NCBI RefSeq assembly: GCF_009834535.1 | Contig: NC_045696.1 | Location: forward strand, 70,682,001 to 70,746,000 | Direction: 5' to 3' | DNA length: 64,000 nucleotides | DNA from: Camelus ferus | Taxonomy: Eukaryota | Shown here: positions 37,201-50,974 of the stretch, piece by piece | Position numbering within the stretch: the stretch's first letter is position 1 | How the letters are laid out: each line of letters begins with the position of its first letter | Program-made: the position numbers and the translations under genes | The notes under the pieces: model-generated | What the model was told of the DNA's origin: nothing | Databases searched by the model: none | The model's input: the letters and a program-made list of their open reading frames with translations, nothing else

Positions 37201-38296
37201 CATGCCTCAGTCATGGTGGCAATTGATGCTTGTGCAAATTATTCCTCAAATTGTGCAGCCCAGCAGAGATGGCAACAATTACCTCCCAGCAGAAATACAG
37301 TGTTCTGACTAAAGAGGTTAGGTAGTCTGAAAAGGGTCCCAATCAAAGCATTTTAAAATCATGACTGTGTGACCTTGAACCAGGAATTCCAAACTCTGAG
37401 GACTGAAGCTCTAGGAAAGCTGAGTGGGTGACTGGAGTTAGCACACAACCCATCCTACCAGCAGATTGCAGACCCTTCCCAGCACCCAGTCTACTCATGA
37501 CTGATAGCAACAGCAGCCAACAATTATTAAGCCTTATGTGTTGGGCATGGTATTAAGTATGAGAACCAAATTGTCTCCTGAAACTACACAACAGCTCCAC
37601 AAGGCAGGTCCTGCGTGTGCCAACATCACAATACTGTAGGCAAACAACAAGGAAAGAATAATTCCTTCCATTCTGTCAACGCACAAGTTAAATGACCTGC
37701 CCAAGGTCCTAGCATCGCTCGTGAGCAGCGGATCCAGAGCTTGAACCTAGATCTCCTGGGTTTTTGCTGTTATTCCACCCTGCCAGTCTGCAGAAGGTTC
37801 TCAGGGAACAACCAAACTCCTTTGGGAAAATGGGGCTGAGGGAGAAGAAGAGAAAACCTGTGGGCCTGCTCAGTTGTATCTAAACTTGAGCACCCAGAGT
37901 AGAGACAGTGAGGGAGGGGAGGAGCAAGTTGGCTTCTCTGATTGCCAGGTCGTGGGTCTTCTGTCACCAGAAGGGACCTGATTTGGGAGAGGAGCCTGTT
38001 TGCAGGAATGATAGCTGTGGGCAGCAGCGCTGTGGTTCCCGCAGTGGGGGAACCAGTGCTCGAGACACAGCGGGCTGTCAGCACAGTGCAGGACAGCTGT
38101 GAGGACGGAGGAGTCTCCTGCAAGGGAGAGCTCCTGCCCCCAGAGCAGACGGATCTGCATTCCAGTCCCACTCTGCCCACACGTGATAGCACGTGCCTTC
38201 AGCTGAGTTACCCAACCTCTCTGAGCTTTGGTTTCCTCATCTTTAAAATAGAGATAATGCTACTCTACCTCAAAACACTGTGAAGGCTGAATGAGG

Positions 38297-38395
38297 CAGG
38301 GAGGGTAGTAGCTCAGTGGTAGACCACATGCTTACCATGCACGAGGTCCTGGGTTCAATCCTCAGTGCCTCCAACAATTAAAAAAAAAAAAAAAA
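38297..38395 (+). mobile_element. Camelid tRNA-derived SINE, short form
   Basis: tRNA-like head followed directly by poly(A); TSD AAG(G/A)CTGAATGAGG at 38283-38296 and 38396-38409; inserted in a MIR. Confidence 0.9.
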
Positions 38396-38447
38396 AAGAC
38401 TGAATGAGGGGATTACTAAGCACCTAGCACAAAATCTGGTAAACTGT

Positions 38448-38830
38448 ATTCACTCATTCAGTAAATACTTATTGAGCATCTTCTATACATAGCAGGCGTA
38501 CATCTTGGTGGTGAGATTACAGCAGAGAAGAATATATGCAAAAATCCTTCTTCTAGAGCTTATTTAAGATAGATAATAAAGGGGCATAATAAGTAGCATG
38601 TAGGGTGGAGATCTATGTTGCAATGCAAAATGAAGCAGGAAGAGGGAAAGAGCTCCCGGAGGGTATGCAAATTTAATACTCTGGTCAGGGAAAGCCTCAC
38701 TGAGAAGTGACATTTGAGTCAAAACTGAAGGTGATAAGCAGGAAGCCCAGAAACTGTCTTGGGGGGGTGGGAGGGTGGGGTAGCAGAGGTGCCAGCAGAT
38801 GGAACAGTGAGGATGAAGGCCCAGGGTGGA
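38448..38830 (-). mobile_element. L2 LINE 3' fragment. Further L2 pieces lie near 13445, 26200, 31930, 34265, 40050-40560, 41610-41750, 55505 and 63380-63990
   Basis: TTCACTCATTCAGTAAATACTTATTGAGCATC...GGTCAGGGAAAGCCTCACTGAGAAGTGACATTTGAG. Confidence 0.8.
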
Positions 38831-41800
38831 AACAAGCCAGGTGGGTTCTGAGAAGTAGCCCCTGCAAGCAGAGTGAGCTGAGAGGGAGGAAGGAGACGTG
38901 TTCCCTCTCCTGAAGGAGCCTGCACAGCTGGCACAAGTACCCAAAACGAGAAATACACACGGATCTGCACCCAAGAGTTACCGTAGTAGTTGAGCGGGGG
39001 GAGAAACCACAACAGCCTTAGGCAGCACAGAGGCTTCTGCTGCGCCCAGAGGGGAAGAAAAGAGAAAATATTCATTATTCATAGCTTTTGTTTTCCAATT
39101 ACAAATGCCTATAGTAGAAAATTTGGAGAGGTCCATGAAAATATAAAGAAGAAAATGAATTCTCTAGAATACTGGCACCCAGAGGCAACCATGGTTAGCA
39201 GTGTAGTATGGTTTTATATCCGTCACTAGTATATTTAGTTTTCACCCATCAAGGGAATAATGATTTGTTGCTACTTTAACAATGAGTTACAATGACACTG
39301 AGCCTCACTCCATGCAATATTTCCCTCTAATACTTCTGGGAGCTCCCAATGGGGCATCTCAAATGATGTCACAAACCCATCTATCCACAGCAGTCACCAG
39401 GCGGGGCTCGAGGAGGCCTGGGAAAGGAGCTTCTACTGCAGATGGTCCTTGTGGGGTCCTCAGCATCCATGAATGCTGCCTCCTCTGATGCCCCCAGTGT
39501 TCTAGACGGGGGCGGTGGTTCTGTGCAGAGATGAACAGAGTGTCCTTCTCCCGAGCTCTGCGTCAAGAAACATCACCTGGGTCCCAAAGCAGCAGTGCCA
39601 GGGCCTCTCCAGCCTCCTCAGGAAGCCTGCTTGACTCTGCTTGTGATTTCTTGCAAGCAACTCTCCAAACTTCAGCTGCAAATAGTCACCTTCACAAGGA
39701 CCAGTCCAGGCTCCCTTCCTCCACAACTCTTTTCCTCATACCTTAGGGGAAAAAGAGACCAAAAGGCAGTCCCTGTCTCCCAAGACATGGCTATTTACAC
39801 CGCTGAACTAGAACGGTGAACATGTGCATTCATGCTGACAGTGATGACACAGTTTTAGATTGGTGCTAATTTTCCCAAAACAAAGCAAAAGTCTGCCCCA
39901 AAGTTGAACTGAATCCTCCTCCTCTAGCAAACCGCTAGCAACTATAGCTCCCTTCCCCCAACCTTTCCTACCATCATGTTTTCAAAAGCTTATGGTGCAT
40001 CTTAGCCAGGGATGTTATATACTGTGAGAGATGGCTAGAATTTAGGTACAAGGTTGGAATGGAGGGAAGGATTCTAGGTAAGGGAAACCACTTCAGCAAA
40101 GGTCAGGTAGCAGGAGTGTGCAGTGTCCCGGGAAACATGAGGGGACTGGTTAGGTTAGAGCAGAGTTTGTGGAGAAGAGGAGAGGGTGCTGAGAATGGAG
40201 AGAGAACAGCTAGGGGTAGTGGCTGAGGGAGAGTGATGAACACATGGACGGTGGACTGGCTGGTTGTGAAAGGGGAGGCTGGAGGCAGGGAGGCCACATG
40301 GGAGACTGTGCCACTCCAAACTGGAGTCAATGACAGCCTGACCAAAGGAGTGGTGCAGCAGGAATGGGGGTGAGAAAGGACTGGTTGGGGGAATAACTTG
40401 AAATGATTTGGTAATTGGTCAGCTATGGGGCATGTGAGGTATGACTCAGCAACTTCAAGCTGGCGTGTCTGGAAGAATGCTGGCGTCACTCATTAGAACA
40501 GCCGGGTGTACAGGGGGAGCCGGTTTGTGGTCAAAGAGATGGATATGTCATCAGTCATACTGAGTCTCAGTTGCTGAGTTGAAAGTCCCATGAACTCTTA
40601 GAACTGGAGGGATGCTGAGGTATCAGAGTCTGAGTCCTTTTCTTCGAGGACATAGCCAAAACCATGGACTTTCTCCTTGGGAGAGAGTCTAGGGGGAAGA
40701 GAGCAGGAACCTGACCCATCTCTCTTCTTGCTACAAGCAATGATCTTGGCAGTCACAAGCAGATTACACGGAAATGCAGTCCTGCCCACATAGTTGCCTT
40801 CTGGGTCCATCTTCTGAACTTACTTCTACAAATGATCTGGGGGTTAAGAAGAAGGTCTAGGGAGCAGCATGGCCAGGGAGTCATGGAACTGGGAAAAGAA
40901 AAGTGGCAAGTTGTTATAGGTGAGTGTAAGCTAAGGGGTGGCCAAGATTCTTTGTGTGCACTAAAAAGAGAACTGCAAACACACAATCACACTGCAGCTG
41001 GAAGGACTCAGGACAGAGCTAAGCCAAGGCTTAAATGGGCCAACCCATGGGATTCCAAACTTAGAGCCTTTCTCTCCCCACTTTATAATAGACCTTCTGT
41101 CTTGGAATGGAACTTTCCAGGCAACACCTCACGTTTGATCAGACCTGAGATATCTGCACTGTGCAGGACACATCCCAAGATGGGGAGGTTCTCACTCAGG
41201 GAGAATCTACACTTTCAACCTCTTGGGCACACAGAACATGTTGCCCAGATGCAAATGCACACTTGGTATACACACACAGAAATATCTCCTCCAACTCCAC
41301 AGGAGACACTAAGAAAAAATGTCATTTGGCAGCTATCATATACCAGGTAATTTGCATGGAGTGTTCCAAATATTTTTACATTTAGGCTCATAACAATTGT
41401 GAGAGAAAGGAATCATTTTCCCATTTTTTAAAAAAAACAAGGCTCAGAAAAGTTAACTATTTTTCCCAGGATCACGCGCCTAGAAAATGGCAGATGATGC
41501 CTGACCCAGATCTGCCTGTGCACTCACGTGTTACTATTCTTCTTTCTTCACATATGTGTGCACCCTAGACTTACACACACAAACATATCCAGCCCCTCTA
41601 CACACACAAAATCCCCGTAGAAAGTAACCTCCTTGAGGGCAAGGATTTCATTTTGTTCATTGATAAATCCCAGGCCTCTAGAACAGTGTCTGGCACATAG
41701 TACACAATCAGTAAATATTTTGTGATTGTCATTAATGAACTGAATGAGTACACATGCATGCAACACTCACCTGTGTACATGTACATCTATACATACATGC

Positions 41801-41850
41801 ACTCGCACACTCACCTTCACATACGCTTAATAGATACATCAAATTCACTG

Positions 41851-41932
41851 CTTGGGACATTATGCTGTACATCAGAAATTAACACATTGTAATTGACTAT
41901 ACTTCAATTAAAAAAAAACTTTCATTAAAAAA
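41851..41932 (+). mobile_element. Very short L1 3' tail insertion (~80 bp)
   Basis: TGCTGTACATCAGAAATTAACACATTGTAATTGACTATACTTCAATT followed by A tracts; TSD AAATTCACTG at 41841-41850 and 41933-41942. Confidence 0.85.
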
Positions 41933-44327
41933 AAATTCACTGTCTGAAAGGAGACCCCAGGTGAGGCCCCGGCTCTCAGCACTGGCCCCATAGGCCTGCT
42001 CCTGATGGGTGAATTCTGCATGATGGGCGGCACTGCTGGACTCCCCAGACTCCTCCCCACAGCCGGCAACCAGCCCTCTCCCCAGCCTCAGCACATCCCA
42101 CCTCCTTCTTTTCTTAGCTCAGTCAAAACAAAGACTTTTTCTAAAAGATCTTTACTAAGAGAAAAAGTAGAGAAAAATAAATCAAGAAACTACAAGCTTT
42201 TGAGGGCGTAAGTTGACAGAGCCAGATTCTTATCCTAAGCCATACCCTTGAGTCTGGCCATGGCCTGGCTCGGCTGGTGAGGCCGCCAGCCTGAGGGAGT
42301 AGGGGGTTGGCACCACTGCTCAATCTGGGCGATTCTCCCATCCTCCAGATACTGCCACGGCTTCTGTCCAGGCACAGACCCTTCTGCCACTCTGGCCTTG
42401 AGCTAACTGCAATTTTCTATCCCCTTTTCCATCTGCTGTGCCCTGGGCTTGTAAACCAGGCTGGTCCAACCCCAGTCACTCAGTAGGACTGTGTCAATCC
42501 CATGTGTAAAAGGCCAACAACCTTAATTACTCCCTAGAGTCTCAAGGATCAGCCTGGGGTTGCTCCTGCCCACCTCTTGCCACATCCCATTCCACCCCTT
42601 CACCTGGTCTCCAGCTACATTTGCAAAGCCATTCTGATTGAGATACCAGAGCCCAGGATCCCAAGGATCTGTTCACCCAGACACCTCAGACAACTCCAGA
42701 TCAGACCCTGGGCCAGGGCATTAGTGTCGCCGGGACCTCTGGATGAAAATGTAAATCCCTGAGCACACCCAAGAGCTGCTGGATCAGAATCTCTGCAGGT
42801 CTGGCCCAGGTGCCAGCACTTTTAACAAGCTTCCCAGGCGATTCTCACACTCCAAAGTCCAAGAAGCACCACCCTAAATCTACTAAATTCCACACATACC
42901 CCCGTGCACATATAATAACAGCTAAAACATTTATTGAGCACTTACTATGTGCCAGGAAGTATTTTCACAAATCGACTCAGTGAACCCTCACAACAACGCT
43001 GTGAGGAAGGCATGTTATCGTGCCCACTTCAGTGGTCACTTGCCCAGGTTCACACAGCCTTTGGTGGGAAAGTCAGGAATCGAACCCGGGCCCTGTGACT
43101 TCTGAGTCTCTAGCACACATAACTGCACCCCCTACACTGACTCCTATACTGACCACACACAGGATCCCCACCCCCTCAGAACTGCTGACAAAAGAGGAGA
43201 CAGAGGGCCAGGGTGTTTTCCAAGGCTCCTGGTTTCCCTCTCACCCCAAGTCTGGCAAATGCAGATCTGAGCCGAGAGAGCCAGCAGCCACAGCCAGCAG
43301 GGCCAGGGAGCTGGTGAGCTGCGGCCCCAGGACTTTGGCAGCTGTCCCGGGCCCTGAGGCTCAGCCCTGCCTGCTGCAGGGAGTGTGCCCACCACCGGCC
43401 TCCACTGAACCCTGAGCCCTGCCCCCAGCTTCTGCTGCCCAGCGTGTCCTGGCTCCCTGAGACCTGAGCCCCTGACTGGGCCCTCCTGGAATGCTGCAGC
43501 CAGAGAGCAGATGTGCCTGCAGCCTCTCTCCAAAAACTGGTCTTCTTAGGAATCCTGCCATGGGGGAAAGGCAGAGGGTGGAGGGACGGAGTGGAAAAAC
43601 AACTGAAATACCATAACACAGAAAAGTGATCCAAATAAAAAGCAGCAACTGCATATCTGGAAGAAATAAACTGAGGAGGAGAGGTGCAGAGTTGTGCAGC
43701 GTGGCCGCGAGGTTGCCAACCTTGGCAGCCCGGGGACGGGGCCCGGTGGCCGCCGCCAACCAGCCACAAGGCTGCTCTGGCCAGGGGCTGGGGGATGGGG
43801 AGAGCAGAGTCTGGGTTGACGCAGGGGTATGAGGTGTCGGTCTCAGCCAGCAGCATCCTCCTTCCCAGGGCTCCAGGCACTGTGTTCTTCAGCCCCCAAG
43901 ACTATCCGGAGAGTCCATCTCACCACTCCCCACTGGAAAGGTCTACTTGGGACCATGGAAAGAGCCAGAATGATGCCTAGACTCAGAGGCATTCTGACCC
44001 TGGGGAGAGAAGGCTTTATCAGAACAGGGCTTGGTGCTCTGACAGTGGAAAGGAAGACGTGGAAAGGATTTATTTTGAGGCCACAAAATGCTGAATCGGG
44101 ATGTTCTCACACAGCTCCCCCCTGACGAACAGCGTGACCTCGAGCAATTCACTTATTCACACTAAGCCCAAACCCCCTCACTGTAAACGGGCGAACTCAG
44201 GCTTTCTCTGTGCATCTCAGGCTCAGACAAGACCCAGAGGATGGACAGCCTATCAAAGCTGGGGCTTGAGCACAGAAAGCAAGATGGGGATGTGTCACAG
44301 GATGTGAAGTTGGAGAATTGGGTTTGA

Positions 44328-44423
44328 TACCAGAAATTGACACAACATTGTAAACTGACTATACTCCAACAACAACAACAAACTTTCTTTTTTAATTCAC
44401 GAACCCCCCCAAAATAAGAAAAA
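44328..44423 (+). mobile_element. Very short L1 3' tail insertion
   Basis: TACCAGAAATTGACACAACATTGTAAACTGACTATACTCCAA followed by (CAA)n; TSD AGAAT(TG/CA)GGTTTGA. Confidence 0.85.
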
Positions 44424-47400
44424 AGAATCAGGTTTGAGACCTACTTACTAGCCATGTGACCTTGGAGTTGACACTTAACCTCTCTGCTCAAGAAAGCCAA
44501 AGCCACGTGAAAAGCTTTTGAAGAACTATCAGCTCCCACTTCCTCAGCCAGGTACTAGGTACAGATTGTGCATATATTTGTGTGAGGTTGGTATTATTAT
44601 TCCCATTTTATACATGGGAAAATAAGGCCCAGGGAAGGTAAGGAACTTCTGAAAACATACAGATGTAGAAGTTGAACCCAGTCTGTCTGACTTCAGAGCA
44701 CATGCCCTCTCTCCTCGTGCAGCCCAGCGCTAGGATGTGCAGTGTCCCAGCTGGTGAGCTGAGATGAAGTCCTAGCAGAGAAGACTGACTGTGGGTGTCT
44801 GGCAGCAGGGGACAGGGACTTGGTTTGGGCTTGGCTTGCGCCAGAGGCTTGGCAGAGTGAAGTGCGCCCAGACCTGGAGGAACTGAGGCCCCTAGTGCCT
44901 CATGACAACCTGGAGGCCAGGTGCCCAAAGGTGCAAAGGCGCTATAATCCACCAAGAGGGCGACTACCAGGCAGAGCCTGGGGAACCAAGCGGAGAGCAT
45001 GAGAGCTGCCAAGTAGGTCAGCAGAGCATCAAACTGCTGCGTGAGATAGGTGCGGAGCTGGGAACAAGCTGGATTGTTAACGGGACAACCACAGATAAAA
45101 GGAGGCCCAGACAGGTGGACAGGATGGCTCAGGAATAAACTCCATAGCCGTGGCTGAGGCCTCCTCTAACATCAGATGCTCTGTGAGGCCGCAGGGGATT
45201 TGGATGGGCAGGTTATAAGGCCTGGGCTGGAGCACAGAGAGAGAGCTGGTAGCGTGTCACAGGATGTGGAGTTGAAGAACCCGGTTTGAGACCTACTTCC
45301 TACTCATGTGACCTTGGAGTAGACACTTAACCTCTCTGTGCTTAAGAGAGCCAAAGCCGAGATAAGAGCAGAGCAAAGACAGTTTCCCTCCACGTCTGCC
45401 TGCCTCTGTGAAGTCTGCTATTCTGGCCATGACTGAGCCACTCCGTTCCTAGAACCCTGGAGCCCCTTCCCATGCTTCATATGTGCCTTTCGCTTTGACG
45501 GTTCTGACCACTCCATTGTAATGACCAGCGTGTGTGTCTGTCACCCAGTCAGGACTGTGGGCTTCTCCAGGGCACCCCATCATGGTGTCTGAGACAGAGA
45601 CTAGTTAAGTATTTGAGAAATGGAGGCACTAAGTGTAAAAAAATTCATCTGGGGGACTTCCTAAAAGCAGACATGTGGTCTATCTGGGTCTTAAAGGAGT
45701 TGGTGTATTTGGGTAGAACTCTCTTCAAAGAAATCAAAGCTCTTCTTGGCTCCTAATACTTGAGTTAGTCATACCAGTTTCCAAATGCTGGAAGAATTCT
45801 CTTGACAATGTTTATTCATTCATTCCACAAACATTTACTGAGTTTAAACTACGTGCCAGTCTGGAAAACAAAAGCTAAGAAGAGAAGGTCCCTGTTCGCA
45901 AAGGTGCAACTATGAAGTGGCTAGGAATAGGGTGCAGATAAGCACATGGATAATCATATTCTTGGACCATCTATGGCACTCTGTGGAAGCCATTAAAGAG
46001 ATAGCAGATCCATTCGAGGGGAGCAAGGAAAGGGTCGCTATGTATGACTGTGCAGGTCGTGCACTGCACAAGGTAAAGTGCTCCTTGGAGTTGTGCAATA
46101 TAACGGACCAATTCTTCCAGGCCAGCAGCATCTGAAGCCCAGTTGCCACCTCATTATAATCCCCAAACCCTCGTCCATCAACCTGGTCCCAGTGGGTCCT
46201 TCTCCTCTGGCTCCTCTCTGCTCTGAGAATTCCTTTGTCCAGACTTCCAGAGAAGGTTTCTTTGGGAAAACTCCACAGGAGCCCCTATTATCCCCTTTCT
46301 CCTGCCAGCTCTATAAAGCAAGTCGGCTCCTCTCAGAGAATTACATTTTGGAGAAGTGTGATTCATGGAGAAAGAACTCTTTCCATGGCTTTCTAACCTT
46401 TGATGTGACCCCAAAAAATCTGTGGATAATACAGAGCACTCTAAATCTCACAAAGCTCATAAACACAAGAGCTGTACTGCATTGGGCCGTGAACAAGGTC
46501 TCTGGCTGGCCAGCTCCTGCCACCAGCTGGAGGAATGTTCTCCTTTCCCACCCTCCATTCACAGCCCTCCCCACAAACCCTCCCCTCTCCTGGCAGCTCC
46601 TGCAGGGGCAGTGTCCCAGGGCCTCCGAGGCTGGGAGGGAGGCTTGCCAAGGAGCATCATGGCCCACCAGTCCATAGCTGGATGCAGAACCTCTGCCCTT
46701 CCAGTTCCGACAGGAAAGGCCTCAGTTGCTGAGCCAGGGTGGGAAAGACCAGAGAACCCGACTCTAAAATACAGCCTCCCTGATGGGAAGAGCAGCTGGG
46801 ACTAGAAAGATGCTTGTGGATTTTAGGTGACATGTCCTCAGAGGGCATGCCCACTGTGGACACTAGCAGCGTCCTAGGTCAGCCTGAGGTTTCTGGAAGT
46901 TTTCCCGCAAAGCAAAACAATATAAATGAAGTCTATTTTCCCTCTGAAAACAATGTGGTTTTTTTTTTTTTTTTTCTAAAGATGAATCTATCAGCAACAA
47001 GTTTAATGAACGAGAAGCAATATACCTGTTCTCTACGTAGCAGGCCTCTTTCTAAAGTAGGGCATAGAGCAGTCAGAACCAAGCGGGAGTGAATGAGAAA
47101 ATGTAAATGTAATGCCGCGCACAGTGCCTGGCCTATGGTAGGTGGGTGATCAGTATTTCGTCACCATTATTATAATGCCTTATTTTATTATCTGAGCAGT
47201 CCCTGGGAGAGGCACTGAGCAGAGCAGGGAGAAAAGTCATAAAGTTTCCAGGAAGTAGTCTGAGGCCCTGCCTCCCCATCCGGCCTGCAGAGGGGCCCCG
47301 GGACCACCGGGTGGGGAAGCTGGCTGACTGCGGGGAGGACATTTGTGCTCTGCCACTCATGCTGAAAATAGCACCACCACACAGCTGGCCACAAAGGCAG

Positions 47401-50400
47401 AGGGACAGGCAGTGGCCAAACTAAATTGACAGCTGGCTTCAGGACGCTTAGTCAGGACTTCCCCATATCATGCCGCAGCAATTTGGGAGTCAAAGGCTCG
47501 TTTCTTCTCCCCGAAAGACTGGGTTTTTTCACTGGGTTTGGGACCTCACAGGTGGGGAGGTGGTAGAATCCTGGACCACCACACCCTCTCCACACATGGG
47601 GAAGTGGAGAGTGGGAGGGCTGCCAGCAGCTGCCTGCTGGTCGTCACAAGCCTGCCCCCATGCCTCCTGTTGTTCTAGCAGGTAGGTGATACAGGCACTT
47701 GACCCAAGCGCAGAGCAAGTGAAAGGATTCCTTTCCTGCCCCTCTGAGCGCTGTGTGTGGTGGAAGGGTCTTGCTCCCGGAAAGCCTTACCAGAAATTTC
47801 TTTTCCTCCAATGGCCAGGGGTGCACCAGAAAAGTGAACTTTGTTCTCTTCTCCAAGGTTGTGGGAAGGACTGGGTTGTGTCCTGGTGGGGGCCACCTAA
47901 CAGGCCCCAGGTGTGAGGCCAGCTAACCCCCCTACACTTGACCCACCACCCATGGCACCGAGGCATCTGCCGTCACAGCTTGTTAATTTCACACCCAGCA
48001 CCTGGGGAAACCTCCTTCCCCCCCACCTCTCTGTTTCCCCCACCTTCATTTTAATCAGATTCTCTCCTTCTCTACTGAAGGGAGAACAGAAATGATCTCC
48101 TTTTGGTGTGTGCAGGGGCTCAAAACAAAGGGAGAAGCCCCCAGGAGTCTTGGCATTGAGCCCATGTTTCCTCTCCAGGATTTGCGGTCAGGAGACATCA
48201 CTTATCACCTGCGTATGTCATCACTTACTCTTTGGGCCTCTATGGCCTCATTTGTGAAATGGAGATAATAACACTATCACCCCACGAGGTTGTTTGTTGA
48301 GAGGAGTAAATAAGATGAAATATGAAGAAGGGCTTTGCAAACTGCAGAGAGCTACACATAATAATTCCGATGATTAATATTATTGTTACAGTGCTGCAAG
48401 GACTCTAAAAACAGCCACTGTCCCTGAGAAATCCCCCCCAAGATTGTGGATGTTTTTCAGGGGAACACCACCAGAGCCTTCTAGATGGAGTCTCTGTCTC
48501 CTGGCCGATCCTGCCCTGGGGTACAGTGGGGCCGGAGGGCCAGGGTGAGGTCAGACCTCTCACCATCGTCATCCAACCTCCAGCCAGAGGACAGTGATTA
48601 CACCCCCTCCCCCAAGGAGAAGCGAGGTTCTTTCCCAGGGATCACCTCACTCCTCCAAAGCCAAGCAGATGTAAAGAAAGGGAAGAGGAGGGATGGCTAA
48701 GTGGGCAGCCTGAAGTCACATGACTGTCCCAAAGCCGGCCTTGAAGGCAGGGCCAGAAGGGCAAAGCACTAAAAGGACTGATCCCTAGAGTCAAATCCAG
48801 GGTCCTCCCCCAGCCCCAAGAGCCTGGCCCAGGATGGGCCAGGGAGACAGAAGCTTGCTGGCTCCAACAATAACTGTTGTTGTCTGCTGAGCCTGTGCTA
48901 GGTGCTGTCCATCCGATTTCTCTCATTTGACCCTAATCACAGCCCTGCCACACGGGGGTTATTGTGCCCTTTTTCAGATGAGGCTCTGACCAGATGTCAT
49001 TTTCCCGAGGTTGCTCATCTAGTTAGTGGCAAAGCTGGATAAGATTTGAACCAGGGTCTGTTTAGGTCCAAAGCTCAGAGTTTACTCTACCCACTGCCTG
49101 CTTCACCTATCGGCCCCAAATGGCAGGGTAGGCTGGGTTAGCTTCTGGGTGGAGTCCCCAGCCACACCAGGGAGAGGAGAGAGCCTAGCAGGAAAGGGGA
49201 AATTGTTTACTCTTAGTAACTGCATGTCTGGACACCTGCCAGGCCTGCACACACCAGACTAAACCACAGGGCTGCCCTGCCCTTGTGCCTGGCTGGGACG
49301 GGTATCAAGACTGACCTGCTCTAAGACTGGGGGATGCACCAGGGAGCCCCAGAAGGAGGTCTCCTCATTTCTCTTCCTGCTCCCTGCAGAGCAACAGGGG
49401 CCTGATTATGGAGGCCAAAGGACCCAGCTCCTGGAGCAGGTCGGGCAGAGGAGATGCAGCCCTCCAGTCTTCCACTCCTAGACTGGCAGTGGGAAAAAAT
49501 GCCTGAGTCCTCACCCCCAGGCCAGGGGCTGGCTGGCTTTCCCACTCTGCTCTTATCATCTCCCAGGAAGGGGTGAGGCAAGGTGGCCTGCACTGAGGCA
49601 GAGAATGAATGAAAATCTTATGGTCTTTGTCGGGATGGATCATCCCAAAGGAGTCTTTCTTTCTATTTATTGCAAAAGTCATATAGACACATTGCAGAAG
49701 AGTTGGCAAATAGAACAAAAAGAATTATCTGTAATTGTACCACCATAGCACAACCACTGGTAACAATCTCCTGTAGCTTCCTTCCCAGCTCTACCACCTC
49801 TTTTTTATTTAAAAAAATTTTAAATAATTGTAATTATGCCATTTCCAGAATGTAGATGGATTTTGCCACCACTTGTCATGATGTCAAACCATCTTCCCCT
49901 GTCACTGTGCAGTTGGCCTGTCCTTTTGGATGGCTGTTGAGGAGTCCACTGTGTGGGCACAGGCAAAGGCTTCCACTCTCTGATTTAAGAACGTTTGTAT
50001 TTAAAGTCTTACAAAAGTAGAAAACTTGAATCACATTTAGTCAACCTTTAATAAACTTATTTTGAAAAGAATAAAATTATATGGACTCAGAGCTGGTCCA
50101 GAAAATCCAGGTGGCCCTTGGTTGCAGCAGATTGAAAAGAGGACCTGCCAGTGGGGGAGGCATAGCTGGGGTGGGGTTGGAGCACCTGCCACCAACCCAG
50201 GAGCCACACAAACCAGGCCCCTTGTTTTCTTGGCTCTGCAGGACCTAGATTCTCAGCATTGCTTCTGGACCAGAGAGCTGCTGGGAGAGACTGACTGTAG
50301 AAGAATGTTAGGTTGGAAACCAAAGAGCCTCTATCAGATACCTGATGTCCTTTCCAGAGCCTTCCTGCTCTTGTTAGCAGCCTGCCTGGGGAGGGCAGCC

Positions 50401-50974
50401 CTGAAATCCCAGCCCACGGCACAGACACTAATCTTTCCTCATCCCCTGGTGGGTCTCCAGCCCATCAGCCTGCTCAGGGATGCTCTCAGACACTCCGAGG
50501 TTTATTAGGTATTTATCAAGGGGCTACTGAATACATTGTTTGAGTCCTCCTGCAAACAAGAAGAAACTGTCCCTGCCCCTGGAAGCCCTTATTAGTTACT
50601 GAAGAATTTTAAACAAAAGCAGTGTAGTCTAATGGTCAATGGCTCGCACTCTGGAGTCAGACTAAGCTGGGTTGAGTGCTTCCCCCCGACTCCCCTCCAC
50701 TTATTGAACCAGTCAGTTACTTTAACCTTTCTAAGCCCCAGCTTCCTCATCTGCAGAATGGGGTTAATTTAATTTACTCGAAGGCTTGTGGGAAGGATTA
50801 GAGACAATATATGTAAAGTGCCAGGCATTTGGTAGGCTTTCAGAAGTGTTGGTTATGATTAAAGTAGCACAAAACACATGTAAAATGCTAAAGGGACCCC
50901 TGCAAAGTTAGGAGGTCAGAGCATTGAGGGAGTAAAGAGCAAACAGAGTGGGGGTGGGGGGGTTCCCAAGGCTG

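Noticed and set aside
43020..44152. Cluster of 100-234 aa ORFs in a GC-rich region
   Set aside because: Mutually overlapping on both strands, no homology recognised and no convincing exon structure.
46078..46677. 199-aa ORF
   Set aside because: Non-ATG start and no recognisable protein features.
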